Assembly: GCA_965230295.1 (NCBI GenBank)
Contig: OZ246001.1
Location: 2,848,001-2,912,000, forward strand
Direction of reading: 5' to 3'
Source: Marinicella sp.
Lineage (GTDB): Bacteria; Pseudomonadota; Gammaproteobacteria; Xanthomonadales; Marinicellaceae
DNA: 64,000 bases
How positions within the stretch are numbered: position 1 is the first letter of the stretch; each line of letters opens with the position of its first letter. The notes under the pieces are model-generated. The model ran no database searches. It was not told the DNA's origin and saw only the letters and a list, made by a program, of their open reading frames with translations. Of the stretch, positions 27,464-37,504 are shown piece after piece. A program made the translations under genes and the position numbers.

Positions 27464-29350
27464 CTAAAAGTTGAAGGTTTTGGCCACTCTGAAGCCCAAG
27501 CGTGGATCAGTGAAGTCATTTTCTGCTTTCAGCCGATGATGGATGCGATATTCCTCAATGGCACTGCCCCAATTTCCGCCGCGAATGACCCTGCTTTCAC
27601 AACCGCGATTGACCCAGGCAGAGCCATCATTGGGTGCCCTCGTGTAGGAGTCATGCCAACAGTCATCAACCCATTCCATCACATTGCCACTGAGGTCATG
27701 TAAACCCAATAATGTTTTGATAAAAGTACCGGCAGGAGCAGGGCCCCAGAAGCCATCTTCGTAATTGCTGAAACCTTCACGCCATCTGATGCGGCTTTTT
27801 TTGAACTTGTCTTTGGCACCTGAGAAGTTGCCCCAAACTTGTGTGGGTTCTTCATTGCCCCAAGGGTACAAGGTGTTGTTGTCAGCACTGAGCAGGAATT
27901 CAAATTCGCTTTCTGACACCAAGCGATAATCTTCACCCGTTGCGGTACTGAGCCAGGCCGCATAGGCTTGGGCATCATTCCATGAAACATGGATCACTGG
28001 TAAATCCGGGCTGGCATTCTTGCCTAAATAGTCATGACGCCAGTTGACGTTGAATTTATTTTTGAATCGACCGGTCCTTTCATCATATATTTTTGCTCGA
28101 TTCGATTTTTCAGCCGTGGTTTTGTATTGTGAGGCATTGATGAATTTTTCAAAGTCTCCTACCGTGATTTCAAATTTACTGACGGCAAAGCCATAATCTA
28201 TGTTGACCAAATGACTTGGGCGTTGGTGCTTGGGTCCCGTTTGGCTGCCCATGAAGAAATCTCCCATCGGCATCACCACCATGGTAGGGCCTGTTTGGTT
28301 ACCAATGTTCAATAAATCATTGAATTCATCGCTGACATCAAATGGCCCATAATTTTCAGTTTTGTTGTATAAGGTTTGGTATCCAGTTAACTGACCGGCT
28401 GCTATTTCTAATTCACCCAATGCATCAATCATGTTGGCTGCCCGTGACATGTCTAAATTATTGATGGCGGCATAAAACTGTTGATCTAAATACGCGAATC
28501 GATTCTGTTTTTGGGTCTGGATGTCATTGATGGTTTTTACAGTGATGTTGTGATTGCCATCCAACTCATTCATGCGATCAACTTGCTGGTCAGCGATGCT
28601 GAAATCCAGTTCTTGTGCTGCCCTGAGTGCCGATTCACTTAACTGTTCCAGAACTTGGGTTTTTAGCGCATTCAAAGGTTGGTAGTTGGCGTCCATATTT
28701 TCTGCCACAATCAAAGTGTGCACAGCATCTTTTTGATCATCTTCATACAATCGGTTGTTGTTGATGTGGGTTGAGATTTCATCGCTCAGCCTTTCTAAGG
28801 TCACAATGACGCTGATGCGATCGGTGTAAGTTTGTATGCGGCTGTCATTGGCATCAATTGACTTCAATCTGGCTGTCAGGGCAGTCAGGGTTCTGGCATC
28901 ATAATCCCTGATGGCTTGTTCAGCTTGAGCATACAAAGAAGCATGTACTGTGGTTAACAATTCGTCCACTTCAGCAGATTCAACCCCCAGCTCTTTGGCC
29001 TTAAGGAGGTAAACCAAGGTGTTTTGGTTTTCTGGGAAAAAATCATGATCTTGTTCATGAGACAATCTGGCTAATTTCAGTAAATCATCAAGTGTCAGGT
29101 TGCTCAAGTCAAAGTCTTCTTTATTGGTTAACCAATCTGGAATTTCAACTTGTTCTAATACAGCTGTGGGTAATATTTTGGGCGCATCTACGGTATTGGG
29201 CGCGTTGGATTCAATCGCTGTCAGATTGGTGACAGGTTGGGTGGTGGAAGCGGCAAATACCTGGTCATGTGTTCTGAGGTAGTACAGACAGTAGACCAAG
29301 CCGAAACCCAGGAGCAACATACTGAGTTCTTTGAAGCTGATTACCTGCAT
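27464..29350 (-). CDS. Membrane-anchored FGE-sulfatase (SUMF1-like) domain protein
   Basis: FMGS, EITVGDF, PVIHVSWNDA, RLVSESEFE, DLSGNVMEW, RVIRGG, GFRV; N-terminal TM; lacks the catalytic FGE cysteines. Confidence 0.85.
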   Translation of the reverse strand: MQVISFKELSMLLLGFGLVYCLYYLRTHDQVFAASTTQPVTNLTAIESNAPNTVDAPKILPTAVLEQVEIPDWLTNKEDFDLSNLTLDDLLKLARLSHEQDHDFFPENQNTLVYLLKAKELGVESAEVDELLTTVHASLYAQAEQAIRDYDARTLTALTARLKSIDANDSRIQTYTDRISVIVTLERLSDEISTHINNNRLYEDDQKDAVHTLIVAENMDANYQPLNALKTQVLEQLSESALRAAQELDFSIADQQVDRMNELDGNHNITVKTINDIQTQKQNRFAYLDQQFYAAINNLDMSRAANMIDALGELEIAAGQLTGYQTLYNKTENYGPFDVSDEFNDLLNIGNQTGPTMVVMPMGDFFMGSQTGPKHQRPSHLVNIDYGFAVSKFEITVGDFEKFINASQYKTTAEKSNRAKIYDERTGRFKNKFNVNWRHDYLGKNASPDLPVIHVSWNDAQAYAAWLSTATGEDYRLVSESEFEFLLSADNNTLYPWGNEEPTQVWGNFSGAKDKFKKSRIRWREGFSNYEDGFWGPAPAGTFIKTLLGLHDLSGNVMEWVDDCWHDSYTRAPNDGSAWVNRGCESRVIRGGNWGSAIEEYRIHHRLKAENDFTDPRLGFRVAKTFNF

Positions 29351-30969
29351 GAGTCCCTGATGGTGTTACAAATCCTGAAGTCCCTGCTAGCATTCAGTCC
29401 ATTGGGTGCCTGTTTTAAAAGGTCAGTAAACAATGCTTTGACATGTGCACCATTAACAGCACAGTCAACTTGCATGCTTTCATTGATCATGGTGTATCCA
29501 TCATGATCGGTGTCTTTTGAAATCAGGTAATAGGGGACCACTGCACGTAATTTTTCTGATTGATTGGATTCAAGTTCCGGATCTGGTTGGTTCTTCAGGT
29601 GAATGTGTTCAGCTGTACCTTGTTCGGGATCGTGGATGTAAGCAAATCCGGCAATTTGCAACCAATGGCCATTGGCCGTCCAGCTGGATATGCTGTGAGC
29701 CAGGATGTCGCTCAACAAGCTGCTATCAAATTCAATCAGGCGCAGATCACTGGGGTATGGAAACATTTCTTCCAAATGCTTGATGGTGATGTCAGAACCA
29801 GCAGGGATGTTCTGATTAAGCCGAATTGAGCCTGAGTTCAATAACACCACATCGGCTTCACAAACCTTGAAATGATCCAGAACCATATCTGCCAAGGTGT
29901 TGCCTAGATTGGTTTCAAACCGTCTGATTTCAGTTTCTTCGGCAATTAACCTGTTATGGGTGACATTCAGGACAGCCGTCAAACAATCATCAGGTAAGTT
30001 TTTCTTTTGACAATATCGGCTGTCATTGGCATGACTGAGTGATTCAGTCAGCTGTAAAACAGCAACATCTTCAGGAAATTCTTGATCCAATTGGATCACT
30101 TGAGGTATGACCTGAATCTGATCACCCACGTTGATTTCAGCCACAATGGCTGATGCAGCATCTGCATCGGCTTTTAAAATCCAACGGCCGTTTACTTGCT
30201 CAGTCTGTACATAATGTTCATGACCACCAAAAATGATGTCTGGACGAATCTCAACAGGCAGTTGCATCATGGCCTTGTCGTCTGGCAGCCATTGATGCGT
30301 TAAAGCCATGACCAGTTCAGCACCTTGTGCTTTCAGTAAAGGAACGTAATGCGCTGCAGTTGATCTGAAATCACCAAAATGTTCGATGTATTCCGGATGC
30401 GCAATGTCAGTTGAGTGAGAAAACAAACCCACTTTCAGTTCACCAAATTGCATGATTTGACTGCGAGTCATATACTCTGATTCGATGCTGTTGGGTTGCC
30501 ACTGGATGTTACTGCCCAGCCAATTAAATTCTGAGTGGGCCAGTAAGTCATTCATCATTGGCACATGTCTCATGCCACCCTTATCGAATTCATGGTTACC
30601 CCAGGTGACCAACATGCGTTCATCAAAATGATTGGCCTGGCCGTCCATCATGTTCAATGTTTGGATCATGGCTGCGCCGTTGTCTTGTTTGCTGATGAAA
30701 GAAGGGTGAAGAAAATCACCGGCATGCAAAAACAACACATGTTCGTAGTTGGCTTCAACTTGTTTGCGCAAAGCCCTGACCCTGGCCAAACCGCCTGTTT
30801 GACCATTATCGATGCCAGCGATGCGGTACACATCGTTGATGGATATAACGGCCAGTTGCTTTGGAGTTGCCGTTTCATTATTCTGTTCAGCGGTTGGTTT
30901 TTTAGTTGCATGTTGGCAGGCAGAACATACAATGATGATCAGTATATAAAGTATGGAACGGTTTTTCAT
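29341..30969 (-). CDS. 5'-nucleotidase / metallophosphatase lipoprotein
   Basis: Lipobox CSA-C; INDVY, AGDF, GNHEFD, LTH, GGHEH; C-terminal NSGSIR domain. Confidence 0.88.
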   Translation of the reverse strand: MKNRSILYILIIIVCSACQHATKKPTAEQNNETATPKQLAVISINDVYRIAGIDNGQTGGLARVRALRKQVEANYEHVLFLHAGDFLHPSFISKQDNGAAMIQTLNMMDGQANHFDERMLVTWGNHEFDKGGMRHVPMMNDLLAHSEFNWLGSNIQWQPNSIESEYMTRSQIMQFGELKVGLFSHSTDIAHPEYIEHFGDFRSTAAHYVPLLKAQGAELVMALTHQWLPDDKAMMQLPVEIRPDIIFGGHEHYVQTEQVNGRWILKADADAASAIVAEINVGDQIQVIPQVIQLDQEFPEDVAVLQLTESLSHANDSRYCQKKNLPDDCLTAVLNVTHNRLIAEETEIRRFETNLGNTLADMVLDHFKVCEADVVLLNSGSIRLNQNIPAGSDITIKHLEEMFPYPSDLRLIEFDSSLLSDILAHSISSWTANGHWLQIAGFAYIHDPEQGTAEHIHLKNQPDPELESNQSEKLRAVVPYYLISKDTDHDGYTMINESMQVDCAVNGAHVKALFTDLLKQAPNGLNASRDFRICNTIRDSCR

Positions 30970-32023
30970 GACGAAGATTTTATCAAATTTTATCTGGGTA
31001 GATGACACCGATGGTGCATTAAATTTAGCGGCCAAAATAAACAGTGGTGCAGACTATGCGGTTGACACCGAGTTTGAACGCAGCCGCACTTATTATTTAA
31101 ACCCTGCATTGTTACAAATCAGTTGTGAAGGCACGATATATTTAGTTGATATTGCCATTCCAGATGTGGCCAAAACAGTTTTGCCAGCCATCAGAGGGTT
31201 GGTGTTACATGCCGGTTCAGAAGATTTGGAACTGTGGTTCCAAGTGACCCAAGAAAAACCAGTACGGGTTTTTGATACCCAAGTGGCCGCAGCCTTGTCT
31301 GGATATTCGCTCCACACTTCCTATTTGAACTTGGTACAAGAGTTGATGGGAATTGAGCTGGACAAAGCCATGAGTCGATCAGATTGGTTGGTCAGGCCCC
31401 TCAGTGATGCACAATTGCAGTATGCGGTTGAAGACATCATTTACTTGGAAGAATTCAGACACATCCTTACAAAGAAAATGGCAGAACGAGATTTTTCGGA
31501 ACTGTTTGCAGTGCTGATGGGACAAATGATTGCCAACATTGATCATGATGGCCACAATGAGAAAATGTTTCAAAAATTGGTCAAATCAGAGCGCCTCAAA
31601 CACCCTGAAGCCAGAAGGTTATGGGTGTTGCTCCATTGGCGTGATGATTTGGCAAAGTCAAGGAACAAGCCCAAAAACTGGATTTTAAACCCCAAGCAAC
31701 TGATGGCAGTGGTGAAGAAAGTCAGAACTTTCAGTGATTTGTTTCATCTGGGATTGCACCCTAAATTTGTGAAAATGAATGGAAAGAACCTGGTTAATAC
31801 ACTCACCAATGATTCACACCCTTGTTTGCAGAAGATACCTGCACAAATTAAACTGAATAGTCAGCAAGGGAGTCATTTGAATGCAATGAAACAACGGTTG
31901 AGTCAGGTGGCTGAACGCAGAGGAATAGAGCCCTCCATCATCATCAACACCCAATCATTAAAAAAACTGGCCTTTGAAGGGAAAGAACTGTCTGACTTAC
32001 CGACTTGGCAAGCCATTTTATGA
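30968..32023 (+). CDS. rnd: Ribonuclease D
   Basis: AVDTEFERSRTYY, FDTQVAA, SRSDWLVRPLS, YAVED, HRDC-like WRDDLAKSRNKP. Confidence 0.9.
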   Translation: MTKILSNFIWVDDTDGALNLAAKINSGADYAVDTEFERSRTYYLNPALLQISCEGTIYLVDIAIPDVAKTVLPAIRGLVLHAGSEDLELWFQVTQEKPVRVFDTQVAAALSGYSLHTSYLNLVQELMGIELDKAMSRSDWLVRPLSDAQLQYAVEDIIYLEEFRHILTKKMAERDFSELFAVLMGQMIANIDHDGHNEKMFQKLVKSERLKHPEARRLWVLLHWRDDLAKSRNKPKNWILNPKQLMAVVKKVRTFSDLFHLGLHPKFVKMNGKNLVNTLTNDSHPCLQKIPAQIKLNSQQGSHLNAMKQRLSQVAERRGIEPSIIINTQSLKKLAFEGKELSDLPTWQAIL

Positions 32024-32028
32024 CATAA

Positions 32029-32073
32029 AATCACGTCAGGTTTGAGGTTATTTGCCTTAAACCTGACGTGATT
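32029..32073. terminator. Long inverted repeat between convergent genes
   Basis: aatcacgtcaggtttgagg ... ccttaaacctgacgtgatt. Confidence 0.6.
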
Positions 32074-32086
32074 GAGCGAGTTAAAT

Positions 32087-33676
32087 TCATCCTTTAGATA
32101 CAGCAAAGTCAAAACCATCTTTGTAAATAATATCCGGGTTGAGGTAAAACACCTCAAGTGCTGCTCCAGAGTCGATTTCATTATCAGCGGATTCATCACC
32201 CGGTATGCCAATCAGTAAGGTGGGTCCAAGGTATCCATCACCATTGGTAAAGGAAAAACCAAAATTATCATCGGCTTGTTCGCCACTCAAAGAGCTGCTT
32301 TCATTGAAATCCAGACCGGTTGCTATGCCAGGGATGATATAAACGATACCTGATTGGTTACCATTGAATGACTCGAATGGCACACCCACAATCACTTCTG
32401 CCATTTGATTGACATCCAAGTCTGCTGTACTGACACTGAAACCAAACCAGTCATTAGTTTCTACAGAACCGGAAATGCCTGAAGTTTGTTGGCTGAAAGT
32501 CAGACTACCTGTGCTTGTCAGCCCGGTCATTGAACCAGGCAGTAAATGTGCTGCGCCGGCGTCAACGATGTTGCCTATGTCTTCTAATGGGGTACCGATG
32601 ATGAGGTCATCATGACCGTCACCATTGACATCACCTGTTGCCAAAGCATACCCAAAAACATCCAATGGTTCAGTGACTGCTCCGGTTATGTCGCTTTGTT
32701 CCCAGATTTGATCATCGTTGATTAAACCCAACGAGTTGCCATAAATTACTTGGACTAAACCGGCAAATGTATCTCCACCAATGGTTTCATAAGGCACACC
32801 AATGGCCAAATCATCATAGCCATTGTTGTTGAAATCACCTGCAGCTAAAGAAAATCCAAAAAAGTCATTGGTTTCACTGGTGCCAATGATGTTTGGGCTC
32901 GATTGGCTTAGGCTGTCTCTGATGATGTGGCTCAGTCCCATGTTGGGTGTATTGACTTGTCCGCCGTAATAAATAAACACTGAACCTCCATTGTCCACGC
33001 CAGGAAAATTTTGACCAGGAGCACCGACCACCAAATCTGCAAACCCATCTTGGTTGAAATCTCCTGTGGTGAGTGATAAACCGAAGTTGGCAAATGCTTG
33101 TCTGTCAGTCCCCACTTGTGCATCGGCATCGGCATCAATGAATTGTCCTGTGACTGATATACCGTTGGCTGAGCCATAGTGAACATAAACGGCACCTGTG
33201 TCTTCAAATTCAACCATGGCTTGATTGATGAAGTTTTTAAAAGGGGCGCCGACTGCCAAATCATCAAAGCCATCGTTGTTATAGTCTCCAGTGGTTAAAC
33301 TGGTGCCAAATTCTTCACCTTCTTCTACAGCGCCACTGAGCAACAACATGCTGTCTGTATTGGTGATGCCATATTGTGCTCCATACATCACTATGATGGC
33401 ACCCGCGTCAGATAAAAAGAAGTTTCTTTTGGGGGCGCCAAAAACCACATCCATCAACCCATCTCCATTGAAATCGCCACTGGCCATTGTGTGACCAAAT
33501 CGATCACCCGGTTGTGTTTCATTGGCTCCTGCATTGGCTTGATCTATGTCCCATAAGGCACCAAAAAATGGATCAATGGTTTTTGTTGCCAATTCACCTG
33601 GAATGGATTGTGCAGTGGATTGTTCGCCAGATAAACACATGGCTGCAAAAAATGCTCCCGCAATAAATTTATTCAT
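32087..33676 (-). CDS. Secreted FG-GAP (integrin-alpha-like beta-propeller) protein with DIIYKDGFD C-terminal tag
   Basis: AGGAG RBS; signal peptide; ~7 FG...GDFNxDGxxDLxxGAP repeats. Confidence 0.88.
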   Translation of the reverse strand: MNKFIAGAFFAAMCLSGEQSTAQSIPGELATKTIDPFFGALWDIDQANAGANETQPGDRFGHTMASGDFNGDGLMDVVFGAPKRNFFLSDAGAIIVMYGAQYGITNTDSMLLLSGAVEEGEEFGTSLTTGDYNNDGFDDLAVGAPFKNFINQAMVEFEDTGAVYVHYGSANGISVTGQFIDADADAQVGTDRQAFANFGLSLTTGDFNQDGFADLVVGAPGQNFPGVDNGGSVFIYYGGQVNTPNMGLSHIIRDSLSQSSPNIIGTSETNDFFGFSLAAGDFNNNGYDDLAIGVPYETIGGDTFAGLVQVIYGNSLGLINDDQIWEQSDITGAVTEPLDVFGYALATGDVNGDGHDDLIIGTPLEDIGNIVDAGAAHLLPGSMTGLTSTGSLTFSQQTSGISGSVETNDWFGFSVSTADLDVNQMAEVIVGVPFESFNGNQSGIVYIIPGIATGLDFNESSSLSGEQADDNFGFSFTNGDGYLGPTLLIGIPGDESADNEIDSGAALEVFYLNPDIIYKDGFDFAVSKG

Positions 33677-33904
33677 ATAAGACTCCTGTTTTAGTGTGAA
33701 TAACTTAGAAGATGCATGTTTGTTGCTAATCGCACATGAGAAGTGGCAATTAATCATGCACAGGTGTCACGTTGAAAAAATTTCAGTGGGCTGTTCAAAG
33801 CATCATTGAAGTATCAGTCTGGATACATACACTGGGTATATAGCGAATCATGAGGGTGATGGATCAGTAAGGGCACAGTTTTCTGAAGCAAAGAAGCGTG
33901 TGAA

Positions 33905-36292
33905 TTAATGCTTCATGGCTGCCAGGTGCTTACCAGCACTCAATGTGGATGGGTCATCAGCACCAAGCACTGTTGTTTTGGTTTGAACCAACCGATCCAT
34001 CCGGTCTACAGCGTCAGGTTGTCCTTGCAAATGCTGCGACCAAATGAGGTGCTCTTCAATGTCTAGAGTCAAACGGTGCTGAACAGGTAATTGGCTGCCG
34101 GCTATTTGTAATAAATTTTGGGCAAGTGATACAGCTGCAGTTAATTTTTTTGATTCAGTATAGAAAATAACCAAATTAAGTCGGGCCTCTATGTGTTGTT
34201 GGCTGTCATCACCGTGCTTTAGTTTTTCGCTGGCAATGATTTCCTGGATGGTTTGTTCAGCCAAGACCCAATCACCATTTTTTTGATAATACCCAGCGAT
34301 CATGTTTTTAAATGTTAACGTCATACCACCATCCGGCCCGTATACTTGATATACATAAGGCATAAACGGCACGATGGTATCAATGGCTTGAAGGTGGTTA
34401 CCTGTTTGTGAATAAGCATCCGCCAGATTGATTCGGGCGATCAATGTGCTGGAATGTTCTTCACCCAAAAAACCAGTCATTTTTTTGACCACAGATTCCA
34501 GCTCTGTGATGCCTTTGTTGATTGTGTTTGTATCATAAGTCAACACAGTCGCTGCTGCGCCCATGGCAATCAGCGTGTCGAGATTTTTTTCACCATAATA
34601 AGTTGTGAAATTCTGAATCGACAGTTGATAAAAGTCATAAGCCTTGGCAAACTGCTCTTTGATTTCGTAATGATTTCCTTCCACCAAATAAATGTTGGCT
34701 AACGCAGCTTCTTTTTTTGCACTGCGTTGCCATAAGGTCTTGGCTTGTGCGATCAATGGTGGTACTTTGTCTAACTGGTAGCTTTCATTGTAAGTATATA
34801 TCAAAGTGATTAATGCACTGAGTTGAGCAGTTGCATCTTGGTCAGAGACGGGTTTGATTTTTATGGCCTCTAACAACAACGCTTCAGATTCTTGGTAATT
34901 TTTATTTTCATTCAAACCTGCACTTTTTTGCATCAACAAGTCTAAACGGTGTGACGAAGATAAATCTTTGTCGGCCAACAGTTGGGTTGCCAGATCAATG
35001 GCCATCTGATGTTTACCCTGGTGTCGGTAGGTTCTGACCAGTTGTAACAGGCTTTCAGAGCGTTGTTTTTTCGATATTTCATGGTTGTTGATCAGTAACG
35101 TTTCTGCTTCAGCCAAAACATCTACCAGCAAGACATCTTTACCTGATTCAATGGGTGATGATTTCATCAGTATGTTGCTTAAGATGGTGTTCATCGCTTG
35201 CGTTTCTTTTTGTGCCTGGGTTGTCTTGTAATTGCTGTACAGTGAGATCAAAGTAATGCCAGCTGCCAAGCTGAGTAGAGATGTGATGGCGATTCGTTTC
35301 GCTTTTCTGGCTGGGCTGCTAATGATCTTATTGATGGTTCGAGCTACTGAGTGTATGTGCGGCCTGTCAGATGGATTTGTTTGTACCATGGATAAAATCA
35401 ACTGACGCCAAGCTTTTGGCCCACGGATTTTGTGTTGCAGGGATGACAATGAGCCAATGTTTTGCTTGATGTCATTTAAAGCCATGTCGGCCAAAGGATG
35501 TGCTTCGGCAGACATGTGCCAAAACACCAGGCCAAGGGTAAAGACATCGGTGGCTTGTGATGCCATTTCTCCCAGAAATTGCTCTGGTGCCATTGCCATG
35601 GGGCTGGCTTGTTGAATGTATGCTTCTGTCGATTTTGTATCGTTTTTACGGCTCGATCCAAAGTCCAACAAAATGGCACCCCTTTCAGGTTGCAACATCA
35701 CATTCAGTGACTTGATGTCGCCGTGAACCAATTGGTTATTGTGAATGGCCGTGACAGCCTGAGTTAATTGATTGGCAAACTTCAATATTTGTGGCCAGTT
35801 CAGTGGTGTATTGGCCAGTTGTTCACTGAGCAACGTTCCATCCAGATAGTCACTCCAATATCCGGCAATATTTTGGTCGATTGTGGCTCCATGTATCGCC
35901 AGAACGTGTGGATGCCTGACCGTAGCCATATAACGGGCTTCGTCCAAAAACTGTTGCTGGCTGATATACAATTGACTTTTCTTACTTAAGAATTTAACCG
36001 CTACTTGGCTGTCTAGAATGGGGTCGTAGGCACAGTACACTTCGCCAATACCTCCATGACCAATTTTTTCGGTGATTTGCAGGTGAGCCCAATGGTCGCC
36101 AGATTTCATTTGTAAAGTTGCAAATTTCCCGTGCTTCCTGATATTTCTGGTGATGCGGTCAATTTTTTGCAATGCAGCCAAGATGTCATGATTTGAATTG
36201 GTCGAGGTTTTGTCTGCGAGATGATGGGTTTGTTCACCATCATTGATTTTTCCGGCAGCTTTCAAAATCTCTTCATCAGATGAGCCTGTCAT
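33905..36292 (-). CDS. Hanks-type Ser/Thr protein kinase with TM segment and TPR-like repeats
   Basis: GHGGIGEVY, VAVK, HGDIKSLN, DFG, MAPE, DVFTLG; TM; repeated LGxxHxxTL helices. Confidence 0.9.
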   Translation of the reverse strand: MTGSSDEEILKAAGKINDGEQTHHLADKTSTNSNHDILAALQKIDRITRNIRKHGKFATLQMKSGDHWAHLQITEKIGHGGIGEVYCAYDPILDSQVAVKFLSKKSQLYISQQQFLDEARYMATVRHPHVLAIHGATIDQNIAGYWSDYLDGTLLSEQLANTPLNWPQILKFANQLTQAVTAIHNNQLVHGDIKSLNVMLQPERGAILLDFGSSRKNDTKSTEAYIQQASPMAMAPEQFLGEMASQATDVFTLGLVFWHMSAEAHPLADMALNDIKQNIGSLSSLQHKIRGPKAWRQLILSMVQTNPSDRPHIHSVARTINKIISSPARKAKRIAITSLLSLAAGITLISLYSNYKTTQAQKETQAMNTILSNILMKSSPIESGKDVLLVDVLAEAETLLINNHEISKKQRSESLLQLVRTYRHQGKHQMAIDLATQLLADKDLSSSHRLDLLMQKSAGLNENKNYQESEALLLEAIKIKPVSDQDATAQLSALITLIYTYNESYQLDKVPPLIAQAKTLWQRSAKKEAALANIYLVEGNHYEIKEQFAKAYDFYQLSIQNFTTYYGEKNLDTLIAMGAAATVLTYDTNTINKGITELESVVKKMTGFLGEEHSSTLIARINLADAYSQTGNHLQAIDTIVPFMPYVYQVYGPDGGMTLTFKNMIAGYYQKNGDWVLAEQTIQEIIASEKLKHGDDSQQHIEARLNLVIFYTESKKLTAAVSLAQNLLQIAGSQLPVQHRLTLDIEEHLIWSQHLQGQPDAVDRMDRLVQTKTTVLGADDPSTLSAGKHLAAMKH

Positions 36293-36831
36293 GCCATGAC
36301 CTCTGCGAGTTTTACCAGAGCCCTGCTGATGAACATGCGAGTGGCGTTGGCCGAAGGCCGTTCCATCATGTCGCAGATTTCTTGATGTGAAAATCCAAAC
36401 TCCATGCGTAAAATGACTGCTTCGTTCTCATCAGTTGTGAGCTTGTTTAAGGCTTCATCATAAGCAATCAAGGTATTGAGGTCATTATCATAAGCCAGTT
36501 TTTGGTCATGACTGAATTGAGTGATGGATTGTTGGAATGGTTTGTTTTTGCGCAATTCTTGTTTGATTTGATTGATGAATATGGTGCGCAAGTAGGTGAA
36601 AAATGCACCTGGACGGTTGGCTTTGATGTTGTTGATGTTTTTGAAAGCCAGCATCATGGTGTCCTGGACGACATCTTCTGTCTCCATGAACCCCCTGGCT
36701 TGTGCAGGGATGCGACCATGGGCCCAGCGCAACAGAGCGGGTTGAAAGATGGCAAACAGCTGCTCACAAGACGCTTCATCCCCTTGTTTAAATTTTTTTA
36801 ACAGAATGGCGGTGGTTGAAAAGTCTTGCAA
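36289..36831 (-). CDS. ECF sigma-70 factor coupled to the kinase
   Basis: ETEDVVQD, YLRTIFINQI, region 4 SHQEI...SANATRM; ATGA overlap with kinase start. Confidence 0.85.
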   Translation of the reverse strand: MQDFSTTAILLKKFKQGDEASCEQLFAIFQPALLRWAHGRIPAQARGFMETEDVVQDTMMLAFKNINNIKANRPGAFFTYLRTIFINQIKQELRKNKPFQQSITQFSHDQKLAYDNDLNTLIAYDEALNKLTTDENEAVILRMEFGFSHQEICDMMERPSANATRMFISRALVKLAEVMA

Positions 36832-36907
36832 AATTAATGTCTGCTATTGAACAGACAATCATTATACACGTTAGCGTTGTCAGCTGCAGTGATCAGGAAT
36901 ACAAAGG

Positions 36908-37504
36908 TCAGTCCGTTGACCAGGAAGCAGTTTGTTCGGTGTTCTTGCCTTGCTTACATGGTTTGAAGGCGCAACTGTTGAGCGGGTCTCTGGTAACAAA
37001 AGTGCCATCAGCGCATTTTTTCACATCATCTGTACAAATCATGGGCTTGGCAGGTTTTGTTTCATTCGCACCAAGGCAAGGCTTGAAGGCACAATTGTTA
37101 TTGGAATCCCTGCCAACATAGCTGCCGTCAGGACATTGTTTTACTTCTTGGGTACACATCATCGGTACTTTAGGGAAGGATTCTTTGGGGTCAGGAGTTG
37201 AATCGACCTGATCAGGACATGCCTTAAACTCACAATGGTTGTTTTGGTCCCTGAAGACGAAAGTACCATCAGGACATTGCTTCATGTCTTCTGGGCATGC
37301 CGTGACTTCGCGAGGTGCCGGGCAATCAAAAAATTCGCATTGATTGTTGGGGTCACGGCCGACAGTTTGGCCGTCGTCACACACCTTCAAGTCTTTGGTG
37401 CACGCTTTGAATGCAATGGCTTCTTCTGTGGTTTCTGATTGTTTGCTTTGTTGTTGACACGCAGACAGGGCCACCCATAGGGTGACAAGTATGATATTTT
37501 TCAC
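36908..37504 (-). CDS. Lipoprotein with four Cys-rich repeats
   Basis: Lipobox LSA-C; 4x C-x6-C-x13-C-x4-C (e.g. CTQEVKQCPDGSYVGRDSNNNCAFKPC). Confidence 0.8.
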   Translation of the reverse strand: MKNIILVTLWVALSACQQQSKQSETTEEAIAFKACTKDLKVCDDGQTVGRDPNNQCEFFDCPAPREVTACPEDMKQCPDGTFVFRDQNNHCEFKACPDQVDSTPDPKESFPKVPMMCTQEVKQCPDGSYVGRDSNNNCAFKPCLGANETKPAKPMICTDDVKKCADGTFVTRDPLNSCAFKPCKQGKNTEQTASWSTD

